NCBI RefSeq assembly: GCF_009914755.1
Contig: NC_060944.1
Length of the DNA stretch: 64,000 nt
Strand: one strand, 5' to 3'
Origin: the human T2T-CHM13v2.0 reference genome, Homo sapiens
Shown here: one piece after another, positions 12,731-26,614 of the stretch
Numbering within the stretch: position 1 is the stretch's first letter
Layout of the letters: the number at the start of each line of letters is the position of its first letter
Notes under the pieces: model-generated
Told to the model about the DNA's origin: nothing
The model's input: the letters and a program-made list of their open reading frames with translations, nothing else
Database searches by the model: none
Position numbers and translations under genes: made by a program

Positions 12731-13576
12731 ATCCAACCATGAACTCTTACAGAACAGCCTTGATTATTGGATTCTGGCAAGTGGGTCTATTTCCAGGGCA
12801 CTGGAAATAGATTGGCTCAGACCTACTGTCCTGAGATGTGGCAGGGTCATGGGTAAAAGCTTAGGGAGACTTCACTTTAGTGAAGAGCTTTATTCGATGA
12901 AGAATATTTGCCTCTTTTCCTCCCTTTCTGCCTTCTAAAATAAGCAGGCACAAGCTCCTTTGATAAGGTAGAAATGGTTTGGAAGGAACAGGTGGACTTA
13001 GCTCTGGATAAGTCAGGGGACTAGCTGAAACTAGATACGGGTGTCAAATAAAAGATTTCTGGAACTTGGGCTTAATCACGGCCTGCCTGTGCAGCCTCAG
13101 TGAAAACAAAATAGTAGGAATCCAAAGATGAAGTAGACTAGAGGATCAGCAAGGGCTCCAAAGAAAGAGTATTTGGTGAATCTATGGTCAGGCTTTAGTG
13201 GTTCAGAGAAGAATGGCACAGTATTTCAATACTCAGAGGAGACAGACAAATCTGGAGAGATGGGGACAAAGCAAATCTAGATGTCTATGTTTCTATGGAA
13301 GCAGGTCTCTGAAGGCTTCCCTGATTCTAGCAATATCCACCTATTGAGTATCTAGCACACATGAGTGCAGATGTTGGGTATCTTGTCACATTAGTGCATC
13401 AGTTTACCAGACATGGATCCACTCAGTCAGCGAGGCTATGGTCTAAGCTTTTACCCATGACCCTGCCACATCTCAGGACAGTAGGTCTGAGCCGATCTAT
13501 TTCTAGTGCCCTGGAAATAGACCCACTTGCCAGAATCCAAGAATCAAGGCTGTTTAGTAAGAGTCCATGGTTGGAT
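12731..13576. repeat. 134-bp inverted repeat (12731-12864 and 13443-13576) with 578-bp spacer
   Basis: The reverse complement of the right arm matches the left arm at 128/134 positions with no gaps. Confidence 0.95.
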
Positions 13577-13688
13577 AGTGAGGATGGGGGACAGATATAA
13601 TTATGTGTACAATTCAGTTTGGAAGTTAAAACTAGAGTACAACTGGGGTTTTATTGTATTCTTCTGGCAAGCTACCAGTATTCTCAGG

Positions 13689-13787
13689 CATTCCACTCCA
13701 TTTCCTTCAATTTGATTTGATTCCATACCATTCCACTCCCCTCCACCCCACTTCACTCCATCCCATTCCATGTGATTCCATTCCAAT
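13689..13787. repeat. Degenerate (ATTCC/ACTCC)n pentamer simple repeat
   Basis: cattccactccatttcc...gattccataccattccactcc...cattccatgtgattccattcc. Confidence 0.75.
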
Positions 13788-15196
13788 GTAGTTTTTATTC
13801 ATGGCTAGAACTGTGCAAATGGAATAGTTCAATGACAAATAGACATGCTATTGGCTCACAAGGAGTTCCATAAAGTATGTTTCATGAGGGAATAATCTTG
13901 TGAAATGCTCTTCAAGGAAGAGAGCTCCATCTTATTCTCTTATGGAGAATCACATCATTATTTAAAAAATGTATCCAAACTTTGTCATAAATACATTAGT
14001 TTACTTTTTAACTTGAATTACCCTAAGATATTTGGCTGAAGTCAAGTTTTTGTTTTGTTTTGTTGTTTTTTTTTTTATATACCTATTGATAGCCTGTCAA
14101 ATTATTTTAGGGGATCCAGTCAGATTGGCACATGTGGTGGCTGGTTGTGTATTTGAAGGCTGGCCCTCAAATTTAAATGTCCAGACAGACTGAAAAGAGG
14201 AAATGCTTTTGGTACAAGCTGGATGCCACTGGAGTTTTACGGATATTGAAGTGCTGGGGTGGGGCTTGATCATGGAAACAGGCTTTGGTTCCAGGACTAG
14301 CTCAAGAAATGTCATTAATGTCTGGGTGGGAAAGCACAGGAGGGAGCAGATGCTTTTTTTCCCTGTTGCTTGGCTTTAAATTTTAAGGTTTACCAACTGG
14401 ATAGTGTAATTGTTCTCAGGGTTTTTTTTTTTTTTTTAATCACAGAACATATGTTGAAAGACATTCACATGAGAACGCATGTCTATGGCTGTACCCAAAG
14501 GCTTATGCTAATCCCACTCAGGATGCTGGCTCCTATACTCTGGGCAGAATCTTTAGTCACTGAATGTTTGAAGACACTGGAGCACAGATCTGGCCTTAAT
14601 CTTGCTGTGTCTAGATTGCGAACATGAAGTCCAGTAGCTCTACAAAGCATTGCTGAAGTTCCTCGTAGGAATTTGGTTATTTTGATGCCTAGTATATTGT
14701 CAAATTCAGCACTGAGAGGCCTTTTCTGCATCACAGGCTCCTTGCACCCCAAACAGTGATTTCTTTCTTTTTCATTTTTTTTCCTATTTGTCAAAACAAT
14801 ATGACTGGGTCTAATATTCCAGATAAATGTGCAGCAGTGAGGTGACAGGGAAATTGAGGCAGGTATGGACATACAATTGTCTTGATAAAAGGGCAGCAGT
14901 TGGAGCTAATGGTAGAGGGAGGCATGAAACAGAAATGAGAACAGAGCATGAAGCCTGTTTTTTCAGCCAGAAGCAGGGTCTAGAAGAAATCCTGTTCTCA
15001 GCCAAAAGACCTGGTGTCAGGTCATGAAGAACCAGCTGTGAGGACTGAGTTTTAAATTGGTTTCAAGTTTTCTGAAAGAGAGCTGAAGCTGAGATCCTGA
15101 CCACAGCACCACTGAAATTAAAACAGTGGCCGGTACTTGGAGAAAAGTAACAGATAAGCAGTAAGACTGGTGATACTTACCGCAGAACTAGAGCCT

Positions 15197-15504
<308 letters not shown>

Positions 15505-17404
15505 AGAACTAGAGCCTCTTGTATGCAAAAAGCCAATGGCCAGAATTGGGACTGGGCAATCCTGGTTGAAAGCTCAACTTTGAGATAGATTCTATGGCTA
15601 CAGCTGAGAAACTTGCGGTAGAAGGAGGATGATGTCATCAGTTTATACTAAGCTAAGTGCTCAGTGGTTACCTTTGCAGTTGTTTAGCGTTAGTAATCAA
15701 TATAATGACACAATTAGAATTACATGAGTGTGTTTGAAGACGTCATCTATGAATATTCTTGATTCTATTGATAACATAATTTAAAAAATATTCCAGGACT
15801 CCCAAGGAAAATTTAAAAAGCATGAGCAAATATCAAACAGTATCGGTTTCACAGTGTGATGTGATACTGTTCACGATATTTGTCATGTTGCTAGATATAC
15901 TACAGCATTATGTCCATTATCCCATTTCTATTTCATTGAGTTTTTCAAAATTTCAATTATTTTCTAATTCCAAAAAAAATTAAAAAAGTTTTTCCTCCAT
16001 CTTTTTTTCTCTTTCTCATAAACAAAATGCACTCACATTTTCATTCTTATTCTACTTTGCATTTTTCCCTCCCTCCCTCCCTTTATTCCTTTCTTATCTT
16101 TTTGTCCCCCTTAAATATTGATTCTTCTGGAAAGGGCCTCTAACAATGTTTTATTTAAGCCATTTGGCATTTCTGCATCACAGGATTCTTGTATCCAAAG
16201 CAGTGATGTCTTTCTTTTTCTTTTTATTTTTCTGTTTTCTTTTTTTAAATAAAATTGTGTACAATTTTTTTCCCTTTTCTATGAGGTAGGTAGCATGGGT
16301 GGTGTTTCCCTACAGATAAAGAAACGGAGGAGTAGAGGCAAGCAAAGATGTATCTAAAGCCATAGGAGTGGTTTCTGTAAGATTCAAGATTGCAATGCAG
16401 TTGAAAGGTTCTCTTCTCATAGTTCTCTGCAGTACTTGGAAGTCAGGATGTGTGAAAGATTTCCTATGGAGCATTTTCAAAGTATCAAAAACCACAGAGA
16501 TTCTCTGATGTCCGGTAAAATTTGGGTAACTGGGACTTTTTCTTGCACACTCAACGTCGAGAACCTCCTCCCCAAAGCATATCTTATTGTCCTCATTTAT
16601 TGCAGTCGGGTAACACATTGTCAAATTCACCTTCTTAAGCACACAGCACCAGCTTTGCCACACAGATAAGAATGATCCTGGGAGATAGAGTTTCAAATCA
16701 GACTTGTGGGAAGCAGATGTTAACTGTCACCTGCCAAGGGAACGGGAGGACCCTGACACTCTTTGATATATTTGGAGGTGACAAAAAATGACACTTTAAG
16801 TCTGTAGCTCTTCTAGGAAATATATCTGAATACTAACGCGAGATAGAGGCCATCAGATTGAGATTATGAGTGCCCACTGTCACTCCTTATAAAGTAGTTT
16901 AATGAGCCTTGTTACATAGTATAGTAAACATATTGAAACTACCTGAACTCTAACTGTATTATTTTATTTCACAATTTGGAGATAAAGAAGGTATGTTAGA
17001 GCCTGGTTAATGCCTGCAGTAACTTGAGTAGTTTGTGCACATCACATAAAATTTTTTGTTGAGTACTTTGTTCATTTTGTGAGAGAGATGGTATCGAGTT
17101 TCTATCCATCACACATAGGCATTTACCTTGGGCTAGAGCTACAGTTCTTATATTTGATTCTCAGTACAGCAGGAAAGCAAACATTCTTGCATAGATTACC
17201 ATCCCCTATTTTTTAAGGCAAAGAGCAAACTAGAAAATGAATCTCCCACCAAAAGTGAGGTGACGATGAGGGATTCTAGAAACCATCTTCTCAGGAAAGA
17301 GGAAGGGGTCTTCAGGATTTGGCTGTGTACCAGCCTCAAGAGAAACGGTTAACATGAGACATACAGTGCTTGGGTCAGGGATGATCCTCAGAAGTTAAGT
17401 GGCT

Positions 17405-17740
17405 ATCTCGGTTTGGGTTTCTTAAAAGTAGCCCTTGAGACAAGAATTTGAGTTCAAATATTTATTTGGGAGGTGATGCCAGGAAGGATGAGAGTAGGGA
17501 AGTAAGACCGGAAAGCCAATAAAGCGAGCGTTTATCAGTGAGTTACAATGCTGGGCAATGGGGTTCACTCCTGCTAGGGACCTCTGAATTGTTCAACCCA
17601 GGGACAAAGAAGCTGGAATATTTGACTCCCACTTACCCCTTATTGCACCCTCAGGCAGAAAGGTGCACATGTTGTTGCATGTTTGAGAACTGAGGAAGCT
17701 CCAGGTGCCCTCTGGGGTGGGCTAAAGATATCTATTATGA
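17405..17740 (-). mobile_element. ERVL solo LTR fragment (LTR33/LTR16-like)
   Basis: tgagacaagaatttgagttcaaatatttatttgggaggtgatgccaggaag...gaaagccaataaag. Confidence 0.7.
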
Positions 17741-18850
17741 CCGAGATGTCCTCAGGGCTTAGACTCTAATCTTGGATCTGCCTTTATATGCTGGGCAGAC
17801 TGTTTAGCTCAGTGCAGAGTTGAGGGAGGTGAGAAACCCAATTTGTTCAGTTATTTGTGTACTGTGGATGATACCCATTATTAATAAATGATTTTGGTGT
17901 TGGATGGTTTTGTATATATTAGTTTGTTTTTTTAAAGAAAACCCTTGAGCTTATTCAATACTTTAAAATTGGTTTGTACGTTTGGAAGAGTATAGTGTGT
18001 GTTGTGTGTGTGTCTATTTGTGTACTTGACAGTATGCACAAACCTTAGTTACTGCAGGAGAATCAGTTGGACATTCAGTGCATATATGATATGAAACATC
18101 ATGCTTATGGTGCATGTGTGAATGTCCTTAAGAGGAAATGGCAAATGTCTTGATTAGAAAATGGCCTTTCTTCTCAATGTGATATGTGTAGTATGAAATA
18201 TTTTCTTGAAATAGATCTGAGGTCAGGATAGCTGCTGAGTGGAAACCATGTGCTTATCTTGGACCCTTTAAAAAAACCCTCTTTCCTATTGAGTGCTCTG
18301 TGTGTTAAAATTAGGAATAGGAAAGTTGACCACACGAAAGGCCTCCCTGTGTTGTGGAAATCTGAGGCCTTTGGTAAGAGTCACAAAGAGTGAGAGCCAG
18401 TGTGGACAACTGTGTTAGAGTCAACCTCTATATTCATATGACCTGAGGTACGGCAGATTCCCAGCAGAGCCTAAGCTTGTGAAGGGCAAGTGAGCATAAT
18501 GCTGAAAGTAACAGCCCTATTATTTAGGGTGAGTAACTTAAAAAGCCTGTGTGTCAAAACTGGGCAGAGTTTTTAAAAAAATCGTTGAAATATCTGAATA
18601 AATCAGCTATCTAATCCACTTTTTCAAATGACCCGTAGGAAAAAAAATGAACTGATTATGTTTCACTATTTATCATCATCTTTCTAGTTTGGCTGGGTGG
18701 CAGCCTGATGATATTTAAACTGTGTTGGCATAAAGTCAACTCATAGTTTTCTTGCCACTTGGGTACATTTTCAGTGGGCTTGGGGGAGGTTGAACTTTAG
18801 TAAATACACAGTTTCAACAGCTGTATTGTCTGAGGGTATTAAAATATGTA

Positions 18851-19199
<349 letters not shown>

Positions 19200-19270
19200 C
19201 TACATTTTTCTCCATATGTATAATGTAACCATGTGTACATAAAATGGACATTTTAAATATGTATACATAC

Positions 19271-19820
19271 TATATCAGTCATAATCTAGTCATGAAAGCA
19301 GATACTATGCCAGTTATTTTAGCAAAGAAAATTTAATATATGAAATTTGTTAAGCAGATATTGGAGGATTAAAATTTGTTACAGAAAAAAATAGGTATTG
19401 TAAGCAGCTACTACTTCTTAGACTATGGGAACCAAGAGAAGGACCTGACTTTATGAGAACCTTAGAGGAGTGACCCTGCAGGGCTGGATCTGAGGAGGTG
19501 CAATGGGATTCATTCTTGGAGCATGGGCTAAAAATAAATACATAAAACCACACTTTTGGAGTTCGGGATCAAAAGCCATTGCCAGGTAAAGTAGCAAGCC
19601 TAGTGGGATGCTTACAGGAATAGCAAGCCAACAGAAAGAGGCAAGATTTTCTTCCTCTTCTCATCTTGCAGGTTCCCTCTGGCACCCCTTACTGGCCCAG
19701 CCCAACAGAGAGCTGGCTGCAACACAGAAATATGGTCTGCAGGGTCCCAGCCTCAGCATCCAAATCAGAGTTTAGAAGCTGGGCTTGGAGAGGAAACACA
19801 GTGGCTTAATGACCACTGTG
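19271..19820 (-). mobile_element. Ancient ERVL/MaLR-type solo LTR
   Basis: Start tatatcagtcataatctagtcatgaaagcaga...ccagttattt...aatttaatata resembles an antisense ERVL/MaLR LTR end. Confidence 0.5.
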
Positions 19821-22224
19821 CATACAAAATTGGATTGAGCTGTATGAAATTGCTGATGCCCAACTTAAGTATTTTTGTTAATCTACCAAAAATACCTCAT
19901 ACGGTTTAAACAAATATAGACAAATACGTATTAGATTGTATGTAATCAAAATATATTTTATATGTTCACAAACTTTCACACCTCATAAACGTGTATATAC
20001 ATACACATATAATCAAGCATATTTAAGGTGGAGGGAGCCCATTCCACACCTAATTATGTCAAAGGAAGCTGGTGTCATTCCCTGAAGGAGATGGAACATA
20101 TTTTTGTATCTAATTCAACCTATCAATAAAGTGCATTCATCTTGAGACCCTATGATAATCACACTGATATGTTTTTGTACGGTTCCTTTTACATCTGCTG
20201 AATGTTTTTCCATAATGGATAAATCATTGATTCGTCATCCTATTGCCTTGACCATGCATGATCTGTTGAGTCTTCAAGGAGTCACAGTGCGCAGGTCCCA
20301 GAAGCCAGAACTTGACTTATACTGTCCTTCAATAGATCTAGATTAGAAGAGGAAACACAGACCATCCATGAAGTTCTTTAAAGATTTGAAGCCCCTTGAA
20401 ATTGCTGCTGCTACGGGGCTGCCATGATGCTTCAATACAAAGTCCCTATCTCTTAGAAAGCCAGCTGTCTGTGTTTGGTTACCTGTGTGCATTTTCGGGG
20501 TGGGCACTCTTAGTCTAAAAGAAAAATATGTTTGCACTTTCTTTATGGGAGTGATTCAGAGACCATTGCGTAAGTCATCATTGAAGGCACATGGTGTGTT
20601 CATTGCGAGCCATGGGAAGACTCCTTGGGTACTTGTCAATGACTATTGTGCTCCTCCCTAGGGCCAAGGTGCAAATTCCTATTTTGTTTACTCTTTAAAT
20701 AGAGTACAAGAGAAGGGAGAGTGAGGCCCCGCAAAACAGGACAAAGAGCGGGGCCGTGACTCTAAAAGATCTCAGAAGTATTTGCGTAGCTGCAACATGC
20801 ATCTCATTTCAGGGAATCCCACAGACAGCTTTCCCAAAGTGGGCATTTCCTCTTGAGCAACCCACAAGCCTTTCCTGGCCCCTGGGGCCTGCAGTCCCCT
20901 CTCTCCCTGAAAAACCAATGCCACAATTTCAAAGTGATTCAACTGGCGTCCCCACAATGCCTTCTAATTCTGACTCTTTCACAATAGCAGGGAGTAGAAG
21001 AAACTGACAAATGAGCTATTTTTGAACCAGAAGTTGGCCCAACTGTCAGGCGTAATAGCAGTCGGGTAGCATTTGTGGGATAGCCCGCTCATGAAAGATG
21101 ACTTTATAATTGCCTTCCAGATCCCAGGGATAAGAGCGTATGTTGAAATCAGCATAACCCTCTTAGGCTTTCAAAACGCAACCTCAAGAGGCCAAGAGAT
21201 GTGTTGGCAGCACGAGCACTTGGCTGTTTGTATGGCGATCATCTCCCCCATTTACCCAAATATGTTCTGGGCATTTTGTTGACCCCTCACATTGTCTGTC
21301 TGTGCGCTTTAACAGATCAAATGGCACCTATTAGTATGTTGTGGCCTCTTTCCAGAGGGACTCATTACCGCCTTTACTGCTCATAAAATCCTTTTGTGTT
21401 TAATCCTCTCAGCACTTTCCTTCTTTTCGTGCCATCTGTCAGTGGGCTTTTGTGCCCTGTGGGTCAGTATATCAACACTTCACTTTTCCTTTCCTGAAGA
21501 CAGGTCCTGTTTCTGAAGTCTTTTCACTGGGGAAGGCTGTTGGAACAACTTTCACAGGACAAGTAGGCAAACTGAAGGAAAAAATAATAAATAAATCCAC
21601 TGCATTAGGGTTAGTACAGTTGAATTTATAGCCTGATGCAGGGTTCTTCCCTGGACCAGAGTTTCACATTTTTATCTTGGAAACATCTGCTTTCTGTGCT
21701 TTGCAGTACAAAGCAAAGGTAAATTGTGGAAACCCATTCTCTGCTGGGAAGATGGAATACTCTAAGTGAGATGACGGTGGCTTCTTACATTTGCTTCTTC
21801 TATTAAATATGTAGGTATTTGTAGGATGTTTTTAACTTTGGGGCAAGGGCCACTGCCCCTGCCCCAAAATAGGGGCAAAATAGGTTTGCAGATTTTCTTG
21901 ATAATTCTCAAACCCTTTCATTCTCCCAGTGCAATTAAGTTACTCGTGTGTTTTCAATCGGAGAGTTTCTATAGGGAAGTCTGGGGTAAAGTTGGCATTG
22001 AATCCAGTCAGCAGGCAGGATGCGGGGGATTTCTGTGACCTTGATCTGATGACCAGGTGAGCATGTTTCTATTTGTGCACTGCAGCATTGCTTAGTTTAG
22101 TGTTAGAAAGAATGGGGCAGGGTTTATATGTCTTGCATTTTTCAAACTTCTGTCTGAATGTTTGAACTGTCAACGACATTAGGACCAACACATATTAGTA
22201 GTTCAGCACTGTTGGAATGTGGTC

Positions 22225-22402
22225 AGCAGTTATGGAGTCTCAAAGTCCAATCTGTGGGCCTACTGCATCACAAGTACCTGGAACGTTTCACAGAAGTGCA
22301 ATTTGCAAGACTCACTTCAGACCTGCTGATTCAAAATATTGGGTCTATGTGTTTAATAAGCACTTCTGGTTATTCTAACTCACATCAAAGTTTGAAAATT
22401 AC
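22225..22402. mobile_element. MER5A-like element
   Basis: tctcaaagt...cagacctgctgattcaaaat...aataagcacttctggttattctaactcacatcaaagtttgaaaa. Confidence 0.65.
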
Positions 22403-22569
22403 TTTTATAGAGAGCGAAACAGTAACTCTAAATGGGATCAGCAAAGATAAAATATTTCCCCCTTCCTTGGTTAGAAAAATGTACTGTGTATTGTTTAACT
22501 ATGCCAGGAAAGATATTCTTGCTTATCTATGAAAAGAGTTCATGTGGAAGAATATAATGAAAAGAGTTA

Positions 22570-22885
22570 GGCTAGGCATGGTGGCTCATGCTTGTAATCC
22601 CAGTGCTTTGGGAGGCTGAGGCTGGAGGATCGCTTGAGACCAGAAATTTGAGACCAGCATGGGCAACCTAATGAGACCCCATCACTACAAACAAATGAAA
22701 AAATATATATTAGCAAGCACTGTGGCACATGCCTGTGATCCTAGCTACTTGGGAAGATGAGGTGGGAGGATGACTTGAGCTCAGGAGTTTGGGACTGCAG
22801 TGAGGTCTGATAGCACCACTACACTCCAGCCTGGGTTAAAAGAGTAAGACACTGTCTTAAGAAAAAAAAAGAAAGAAAAGAAAAG
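22570..22885 (+). mobile_element. AluJ, full length
   Basis: ggaggatcgcttgag and ggaggatgacttgagctcagg are J-type diagnostics; highly diverged; A/G-rich tail. Confidence 0.92.
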
Positions 22886-24394
22886 AGAGGGGAGGGGAGG
22901 GACCTATGGAGGCTTTTCTCCCTAAATCTCATTAGTCTGAATAAAAAAGTTGGCCATATTCTCATTTCATGTGTTGTTTACTTTTATCTCCATGCAGTTT
23001 GGCTCATTTGGTATTTTAAACACAATAACAACTCTTAAAAGTAACAATAACCATCTCCTCTATATTGTCTAGAGGGCTGGATCAATGGGAGTATCAAAAT
23101 AAACTGAACATTAACCAGCAAACCCTTTTTGTTTTAACCCTAGCTGTTAAGCATTTCTCCAAAGCATTAATCTAGAGAGTTTCATTGAGGATTTTGTGAT
23201 GTCTCAAGGTCACCTTTTGAAGACAATAAAAATCCTCATGTAACTCTAGGACTCAAGTTGTAGCTGAAGAAAATGTCTGTGTAACTTCTGGAGAAGACTA
23301 TGTTCTCCCAATTTAGATGAAAGTACAGCATGAAATACAATTTGATAAAGACTTAATGATTAAAGAGTCCAATAAATTGAGGTTTCACTGTCTATGGTTC
23401 TAAACCGAAAGCTAAACATTCAGTGTCTGGACAAAGGAGACAGTGGCTTTTATCACAGGCATATTATTCTGCCACCGAGGCTGTCCTTGCATCTGTTGGC
23501 ACAACACCACAGAAAGTAAAACAGGCTCCCGGAATGGAGTTATTTCCATCCCCTCCCACATAGTATTCCCTTTGGAGCAAGCAATTTGTCTATACTCAAC
23601 TTTTCCCTGTTGATTCTCTGAATCAGACAGACTTTCCCCAAACCCCTAGAGCTATTAGCCTTGTTAATCTTTGCCCTTCACAAATGAATCTTTTGTGCTG
23701 CCTGTGACTGGACTTGGATTGCTGTCTTTCCTTTCCTTTCATTCTTTTTAATTTTTTTTTCTCAAATGAACAATAAGAGCAAACAGCTCAGGATGAAGGA
23801 GGGTGGTGAGGAACGATGAACTCTGGTTGGTCAATCTTGATGACACAGTTTATGGGTTTGGAGGATTCCGTTGTCAAGGGACACAGGGCAGGGTTACCTC
23901 GTAAGGAAATAATGTGGTCATGTGATGAAGAGCTAAGGCTGAGAGAAACTGCAAGGTTTCTGCTGCTGAACAATGACAAAGTTCACTGGTGTTCTCAGGT
24001 GCAAGGGAGAGAATAGGCCCTCATTGTAAGGCAGCATCAGCCCTGCCTTTGTTTCTGTTTCCCTTACTGCGGCATTAACGCTATCTTGTCAGTTTGTAGG
24101 CAAGTTGACATGGTATATAACACTGATGGATATTGAGACAGTGCATCAGAATGGCTTGTCTTTGTTGATATGTGTCTTTGTACACTCCTAGACTAGGTCT
24201 ATAAGTAACTGAAAGCTTTACCATACACAAAGTCTCATGAGGAAGCTTAACCCTTCGTCAACTAGTTCTATCTATTTGTCTTAATATCATGGTATGGTGA
24301 AACCTAATAAGGCTTGACAAATTAAACTTGGCAAGCTATGAACACTGGCCTTTTAAATATTTGTTTTTTTCCCTAATTCTAGGTGAAATTTTCT

Positions 24395-24950
24395 TTTCTG
24401 TTTTTTTAAAGGTGTTATTAATATACCTAGTGCACCTATTTATAGTCTATAGCTTGATGAATTTTTATAATACATGCACCCATGTAACCATCATCCAGAT
24501 TAAGATATGGACCATTTCTAGCAGCTGAAAGACTCCCTGCTGCCCCTTCTCTGTCAATACCTACCCCCAAGAAACACTATTTTAATTTCTATTCCCACTG
24601 ATAAATTTTGCCTGTTCTTGAAATTCACATAAATGGAATAATACAGAATTTATTCCTTTGGGTCTGGCTTCTTTCACTCAAAGTTATGTCTATGAGGTCC
24701 ATCCATGTTGTTCCATTCTTTTTCATGGTTGTGTAATATTTTGTCGTGTGACTATACTACAGTTTATCCATTCTACTGTTGACGAGCATCAGATTGTTTC
24801 CAGTTTGCATCCCCAGTGAAAATTTTTATACAAGTCTTTTGTGTATATATACTATCATTTCTGGTGAATATGCCCAAGACTTTCAGAAGCATATATGCTG
24901 TATGGTGGGCAGATATGTTTAGCTTTAGTAGATACTGCTTAACAGTTTGA
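24395..24950 (-). mobile_element. L1ME/MC 3' region
   Basis: acccatgtaaccatcatccagattaagatatggaccatttc...aaatggaataatacag...tctggcttctttcactca. Confidence 0.75.
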
Positions 24951-25882
24951 TAGTATTTTTAAAAAGTTGTTAATGTAAATTTAATCCAGATATAAGAAGT
25001 AATAGATTTAAAACGTTTAGATTACATACATTATTTGACTAGAAGTAAACACCTCATTGGGTTATTTATTTTCCAGCAATCTCAGAAATAATGGTTAGCA
25101 AAATTAGATGATGATTGAATGCCCTTCTTCATAAATAGTTGTCCACTTGATTGAAAGAATGATAACCAGAAAGGAGATAAAAGTTGTTTATGAATCAAAA
25201 TCAGCAGCACATTTTTCAGCTTAGCTATCTTAATGAATTTTCAGCTGTGGGTAAAGTTATGAGATATTACTACTTCCTGAAACTGCAAGTGGAAACCCTT
25301 CTAAGGTTCAAACAACTCTACATCTTTCAAGGTAAATAAAATGAAAGCAGGGCAGATTTATTTGGGGTGAGTGAGACTTTGGAAACATAAACTTTTTTTT
25401 TTCCAGCTTGGAAACAATTATGTTTCTGCGAAACTCACAGACCCTGCTTCCAAATAGGAACACAAAACTTGATACTGGATTACCAATATCAAAGAAAGGG
25501 GAAAGGTGCTGCTTTTCCATTTTGGGATACAATTTCATGTTCATTGTCCTATGGAATAAATCTTAACTTCTCTTATAAATGAAACATTCAGTTTCACCAG
25601 GGTGAGCTTCTACAAATCCATGAAGTCAATACAATATTGACTATCGGCTCAATGTGAAAGCCTCGACTGTTTATCTCTTTTTATGTTAGAGACTATGGGA
25701 AATACAGAAGGAGTAAGGATGGATTCTGCCTTGAGGAGTTCTAAGTTTAGCCTGGAGGAAGAAAGAAACTCATGAAATTGTTATGGAGTTGGGCTCAACT
25801 GTTCCGTGCTGATGACAGGGAAAGGGGAGATCAACATGGGCTGGAGGAGTCAAGTAGGCTTGTGGAAGAGGTCAGGGTTAAG

Positions 25883-26306
25883 GTTAAATTAAGTTTAGCC
25901 TAAAGTTACCTCCTTACATATTTTAAGTTTGGGTTAAAGTTTCCTGTGTATATAGTGAATGGTAACCTAAGCGGATGTGTTACCTACTCTTGTACCTATT
26001 GTAACCTACTCTTGTACCAATCACTAAGTGTCAGCAAATCACATGCAGCCAACTGCTCAAACTGTATCCAAATAAGGCAAACACAGAGCTGTAACCAATT
26101 CAGCCATTTCTGTACCTTCTATTTTCTGTACATCACTTTCCTTTTTCTGTCCACAAATCCTCTCCGACCGTGCAACAGCATCAGAGCAAATCTGAGCCTA
26201 TTCTGATTAGGGGGTGTCTAATTCGTAAATTGTTCTTTGCTTAATCAAACTCTGTTAAATTTAATTATGCATTTAACTTAAAACTTCTGAAGTTTTTCTT
26301 TTAACG
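25883..26306 (+). mobile_element. MER57-like ERV1 solo LTR
   Basis: gttaaattaagtttagcctaaag...aaataaggcaaacacagagctgtaaccaat...aagtttttcttttaac. Confidence 0.85.
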
Positions 26307-26614
26307 AAATATTTGGGGTAATCTACATGAAGAGAGAGAATAAGAAATCTATTTGGAAGAGGCTTGTGGAGAAAGAGAGGGTAGAATAATCTTTGAAAAA
26401 AGTGTAGGAGAGGACATTTGGGAACATTTCAAAGAAAGGATAATTTTCCCACAAATCAACCAGCTGTGAATGTGTCTTTTTCACAGGCAAGTTTCAGGTG
26501 GTTTGTTTTAAAGTGGGGCTGCTTTAGAACAGTAAGAATAGTGCAGTGTTTCACAAGTTCTATTATTGTACACAGGCTTGGAAACACAGACTCCCAGGCC
26601 ACACCCCAAGATGA

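Noticed and set aside
13689-13787. Satellite II/III (ATTCC)n suggesting a pericentromeric location
   Set aside because: Only about 100 bp and degenerate; consistent with an isolated simple repeat.
21837-21869. GC-rich hairpin tttggggca-agggc-cact-gccc-c-tgccccaaa, and similar short stems at 46530-46550 and 51237-51256
   Set aside because: Short stems like these are expected by chance in 64 kb, and intrinsic terminators do not apply to mammalian DNA.
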